Source of the DNA: Candidatus Aenigmatarchaeota archaeon
GTDB taxonomy: Archaea > Aenigmatarchaeota > Aenigmatarchaeia > Aenigmatarchaeales > JACQIB01
Length of the DNA stretch: 64,000 nt
Reading direction: 5' to 3'
Assembly: GCA_043799675.1 (NCBI GenBank)
Contig: JAZDNN010000027.1
Span: 2,589 to 66,588, forward strand
Positions 61,701 to 64,000 of the stretch are shown piece after piece. Every line of letters begins with the position of its first letter. Positions within the stretch are counted from its first letter, which is position 1. The position numbers and the translations under genes were made by a program. The notes under the pieces were generated by a model, which worked only from the letters and a program-made list of their open reading frames with translations, was not told the origin of the DNA and made no database searches.

Positions 61701-63453
61701 GAAGGATTCCCTGATTGATCGGCTGGAAGTTTGCCTCGCCAACGGAGCGCATGTCACATCACGGGAGCATTTCACGGTCTCATTCATTGAATTGAAATCC
61801 GAAGGCGAGGAAGACGTGTTTGACCTGAGCGAGCCGCGGACCCACAGCTTCGTGGCCAACGGCTTCGTGGTCCATAACTGCGGTGAACAGCCGTTATTGC
61901 CGTTCGAGAGCTGCAACCTCGGAAGCATCAACCTGCGCAACTTCACCTCGGGAAATGATTTCGACTGGCCGCGGCTGCGCTCCGCGATGCGCACCGCCGT
62001 CCGTTTCATGGACAACTGCATCGATGTGAACAACCTTCCGCTCGAGGAGATCGAGAGCATAACCAAGGGCAACCGCAGGCTGGGCATCGGCGTGATGGGC
62101 TGGGCCGAATCGCTTTCAGCTATGGGTATACCGTACGACTCCGAGGCCGCCCTGTCGAAGGCCGAGCAGACCGCGAAGTTCCTGGAAGACGTAGCTCTTG
62201 CAGCCAGCGAGGAGCTCGCCGCTGAGCGCGGTGTTTTCCCGAACTTTGTCGGCTCGATGTATGATCCTTCAAGCCCCTATCGCAAGGATTGGGCGGTCGG
62301 CAGGCCAAGAAATTGTGCCCGTACCACCATCGCCCCGACCGGGACCATAGCCATCACCGCCGGATTGCAGGGCGGCGGGATAGAGCCGTTCTTCGCGCTC
62401 GTTTATACGCGCTACAACGCAAAGGCGCTGGACGCCCTCAAGAAGGGCGAGAAGCCCGAGGAAGGCGACGTGTTCTATGAGGTCAACCCCGTGTTCAGGA
62501 AGGTCGCCGATTCAAATGCGTTCTGGGGGATGTCCGAGGCCGATTTGTGGAAAAGGATAGTGGAGAACCACGGCTCCGTCCGCGGGATCGAAGAGATACC
62601 GGAAGCAATCCAGCGTGCGTTCGCGACCGCACATGATATCGGCGTCCCGTGGCACGTGCGCATGCAGGCGGCCTGGCAGAAGTTCACCGACAACGCCGTG
62701 AGCAAGACCATCAACATGCCGAACAGCGCGACGCCCGAGGAAGTGCGCGCCACCTACCTGCTTGCTTGGAAGACCGGCTGCAAGGGGATTACCGTTTACA
62801 GGGACGGCTGCAAGTCGCAGCAGGTCCTCAATCTGTCCGCAAAGAAGCTCGAACCGAAAATAGAAATGATGGAGCCGCAGGTAAGGCCCCGCCCCCGCCC
62901 GAAGATGATGGAAGGGAAGACCCAGGAGGTAAGGACCGGCTGCGGCGACATGTACATAACTGTCAATCGCGATGAGAAGGGTCCGTTCGAACTGTTTGCG
63001 GCCATAGGCAAGAGCGGGGGCTGTATCTCAAGTTATTCCGAAGCCGTGGCAAGGCTGGTGAGCCTTGCTCTTCGCAGCGGCGTCGACCCGAAGCAGGTGG
63101 TCAAGCAGCTCAAAGGCATACGGTGCAGCCGGCCGGTGTTCGATACCGGAGGGGTCACCTACAGCTGCGCTGATTGCATCGCCAAGGCGTTCGAGAAGGT
63201 GATAGCCGGCGACACCAGCCAGCAGGCCCATCTTGCCGTGTTTGCCGAGGAGGCGATACCGCAGCATAAGGAGGAGAACGGAAAGAACATGACTCTGGAC
63301 GGGCGGGCAATAACCCCAGTGCAGGAACCGAACCAGATGGAGCAGCTCATCAAGGCCGGCGCGAGGCCTGAGTGCCCCGAGTGCGGCGGCCCCGTCAATT
63401 TCGTTGAAGGCTGTGTCACTTGCTCCGCCTGCGGTTACAGCGCCTGCGGGTAA
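58732..63453 (+). CDS. nrdJ: class II (adenosylcobalamin-dependent) ribonucleotide reductase NrdJ, interrupted by two inteins
   Basis: The N-terminal block is TENQLKVIKDKYL. The GGGTGFS and NPCGEQPL active-site blocks are each split by an intein. The C-terminal zinc ribbon is CPECGG...CVTCSACG. The extein is ~887 aa. The start (GTG 58732) is uncertain. Confidence 0.9.
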   Translation: MIPLDAIKTRTSENSEQHLEASAARLAETSPQLKKPLVTENQLKVIKDKYLRDDPSVDIWLWRVAENIALSELLYDSLVPREDILAGVSHRLEKVEAGDARGSERLLLHAGIDDHNTRLANHRRFIANLYKLAREHPHAKAVVREQALHFYELMAAWDFLPNSPCLMNAGRALQQLSACYVLPIEDSIEGWGDTVKNTMIIHQCLVPETLVMTDAGLAELGTVTDNHHILTHLGPRQVSATYRNGRQPIFKVTTEHGYGLTGTAEHKLLVINETGLPAWRPISELRPSDWLMLSTGGWHGGVRELPPFEWKPKAGRNRTSFKARDIRLPTEMSEEFAELIGLYIGDGSNHRDGIRFSIGFDDADLVARITELSKKMFGVDPVVSKKRDGRCYEVALLSVKLKAWMAAIGVTKSSANDASIPGIVRRADEPVICAFLRGLFSADGCVRQKGYITLATVSHKLLDQAQVALLHLGIPTRNLRLSTGVWQLNVCSRRGFELFREKIGFMAARKQGRLLAVDSSKIFTRREYLPRQIERLREWYDGLPKHVKADIRTNHLLEFQYQGRELTVQKLQLLADTYPAEAVDWFGELLDGRFFYSRVRAVEPAGKADVIDLTVPGIHAYLANGFISHNSGGGTGFSAGRVRHRGDTVKSTAGIASGALSPFILINQATGLVKQGGTRRGANMGILPWWHPDIVEFIDSKQEEGKLENFNISVALDARFMTAAENDEEVDLVSPRTKQPVRKIRAKDLFDKIINNAWRTGDPGVIFMDRINDSLSNPTPALGEIESTNPCVAGDTLVYTGSGLMTAGELAANPIPMSLGITVDGRMSPDAMLPASNVFWTGRKPVYRLVTQEGYSIRLTGNHRVMTDRGWVEARDLMPGDRIHILSRKGGFGTKGDLDTGRIAGHESMETISDDIIAASEDFQRGFLQVLFTDCGQIDENGIHLRKTNVIHERIQQMLLNFGIYSIVNKDELHIRTEQTKDFHREIGFLKDSLIDRLEVCLANGAHVTSREHFTVSFIELKSEGEEDVFDLSEPRTHSFVANGFVVHNCGEQPLLPFESCNLGSINLRNFTSGNDFDWPRLRSAMRTAVRFMDNCIDVNNLPLEEIESITKGNRRLGIGVMGWAESLSAMGIPYDSEAALSKAEQTAKFLEDVALAASEELAAERGVFPNFVGSMYDPSSPYRKDWAVGRPRNCARTTIAPTGTIAITAGLQGGGIEPFFALVYTRYNAKALDALKKGEKPEEGDVFYEVNPVFRKVADSNAFWGMSEADLWKRIVENHGSVRGIEEIPEAIQRAFATAHDIGVPWHVRMQAAWQKFTDNAVSKTINMPNSATPEEVRATYLLAWKTGCKGITVYRDGCKSQQVLNLSAKKLEPKIEMMEPQVRPRPRPKMMEGKTQEVRTGCGDMYITVNRDEKGPFELFAAIGKSGGCISSYSEAVARLVSLALRSGVDPKQVVKQLKGIRCSRPVFDTGGVTYSCADCIAKAFEKVIAGDTSQQAHLAVFAEEAIPQHKEENGKNMTLDGRAITPVQEPNQMEQLIKAGARPECPECGGPVNFVEGCVTCSACGYSACG
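59341..60621 (+). mobile_element. intein 1 (427 aa) with a LAGLIDADG homing-endonuclease domain
   Basis: It starts with Cys (CLVPETLV) immediately after ...TMIIHQ and ends ...NGFISHN, followed by the +1 Ser of SGGGTG. The internal LAGLIDADG motifs are LIGLYIGDGSN and LRGLFSADGCV. Confidence 0.85.
61102..61878 (+). mobile_element. intein 2 (259 aa) with a reduced or degenerate endonuclease region
   Basis: It starts CVAGDTLV after ...IESTNP and ends ...NGFVVHN, followed by the +1 Cys of CGEQPL. I see only one LAGLIDADG-like remnant (FLQVLFTDCGQI). Confidence 0.8.
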
Positions 63454-63485
63454 AGCAATAAGTATTCTTGCCGTCAATCGTTTGC

Positions 63486-64000
63486 ATGCCGTTTGCTCCA
63501 AAGAACTTCGAGCACTTGCTTGGAACAGCGGGCTTCAGCGAGCAGCTCCTGAAAAACCACTTCAAGCTGTACGAGGGCTACGTGAACAATATCAATGCCC
63601 TTGTGAGCAAGTTGGAGGGCCTGACACACGAAAAGAGGAATGACACCCCCGAGTTTGCCGAACTGCAGCGTCGCTTGGGGTGGGAGTTCAACGGCATGCG
63701 CTTGCACGAATACTATTTTGACAACATCTCGAAGACACCAACGTCGCTGGCGAGCAAAGATTTCCAGGCCCGCGTTGCCGGGATATACGGCAGTTGGGAT
63801 GCCTTTTTGGCCGACTTCAAGGCCGTCGGAAAGATGCGCGGCATCGGCTGGGTCATGACGGTCTGGGACCCGGTTTCGAAGGAGTTCTTCAACATCTGGG
63901 TCAATGAGCACGACGTCGGCCTGCTTGCCGGCTGCAACATTCTGCTGGTGATGGACGTGTTCGAGCACGCCTATATAACAGATTATGGGTTGAACCGCGC
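63486..64000 (+). CDS. sod: Fe/Mn superoxide dismutase family protein (3' end off-window)
   Basis: The frame is open from ATG 63486 to the window edge. NHFKLYEGYVNN, WEFNGMRLHEYYF and DVFEHAYITDYG (the D..EHAY metal-ligand block) are SOD signatures. Confidence 0.75.
   Translation, partial: MPFAPKNFEHLLGTAGFSEQLLKNHFKLYEGYVNNINALVSKLEGLTHEKRNDTPEFAELQRRLGWEFNGMRLHEYYFDNISKTPTSLASKDFQARVAGIYGSWDAFLADFKAVGKMRGIGWVMTVWDPVSKEFFNIWVNEHDVGLLAGCNILLVMDVFEHAYITDYGLNR

Overview
The window is a densely coded archaeal chromosomal segment. Archaeal markers include an HMf-type histone, Topo VI A/B, RadA, an RPA-like SSB, FtsZ, the SecE-Spt5-uL11-uL1-uL10(P0)-P1 cluster, the archaeosine pathway, tRNA-splicing endonuclease, archaemetzincin and a RIO kinase next to a KH/Dim2-like gene. 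I cannot place the lineage from sequence alone. Both leaderless and SD-led starts occur, and many gene pairs show ATGA-type coupling.

I support about 85 features. They include six aminoacyl-tRNA synthetase genes (alaS, leuS, trpS-pheS-pheT, glyS), purE-like/purC/purB, a trxB-thioredoxin operon and three Nudix hydrolases. There are three intron-containing tRNAs with encoded CCA, two free-standing LAGLIDADG endonuclease genes, and a class II ribonucleotide reductase carrying two inteins. No CRISPR array, rRNA gene or integrase was seen.

The most interesting observations are:
- Three tandem, mutually related small ORFs are translationally packed between rpa and radA. They may be an undescribed recombination or ssDNA-handling module.
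- An origin-like inverted array of GTGAAC / GTTCACGTGAAC boxes lies in front of a divergent ORC-clade AAA+ wHTH ATPase.
- tRNA-Gln(CUG) appears to have two non-canonical introns (D-arm and T-loop). Tandem catalytic and non-catalytic EndA paralogues lie elsewhere in the window.
- Two homologous LAGLIDADG genes have conserved cores that end exactly at tRNA gene borders.
- A radical-SAM (RaSEA-like)::DUF5591 (ArcS catalytic motif) fusion lies divergent from arcTGT.
- A tandemly duplicated 17-aa mini-ORF/hairpin unit ends 3 nt before top6B.
- A bipartite hairpin repeat occurs at two loci with stem covariation.
- Several small zinc-ribbon or coupled ORFs fall below the ORF-track cutoff.

All homology calls come from motif recognition by eye. 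No database search was run.
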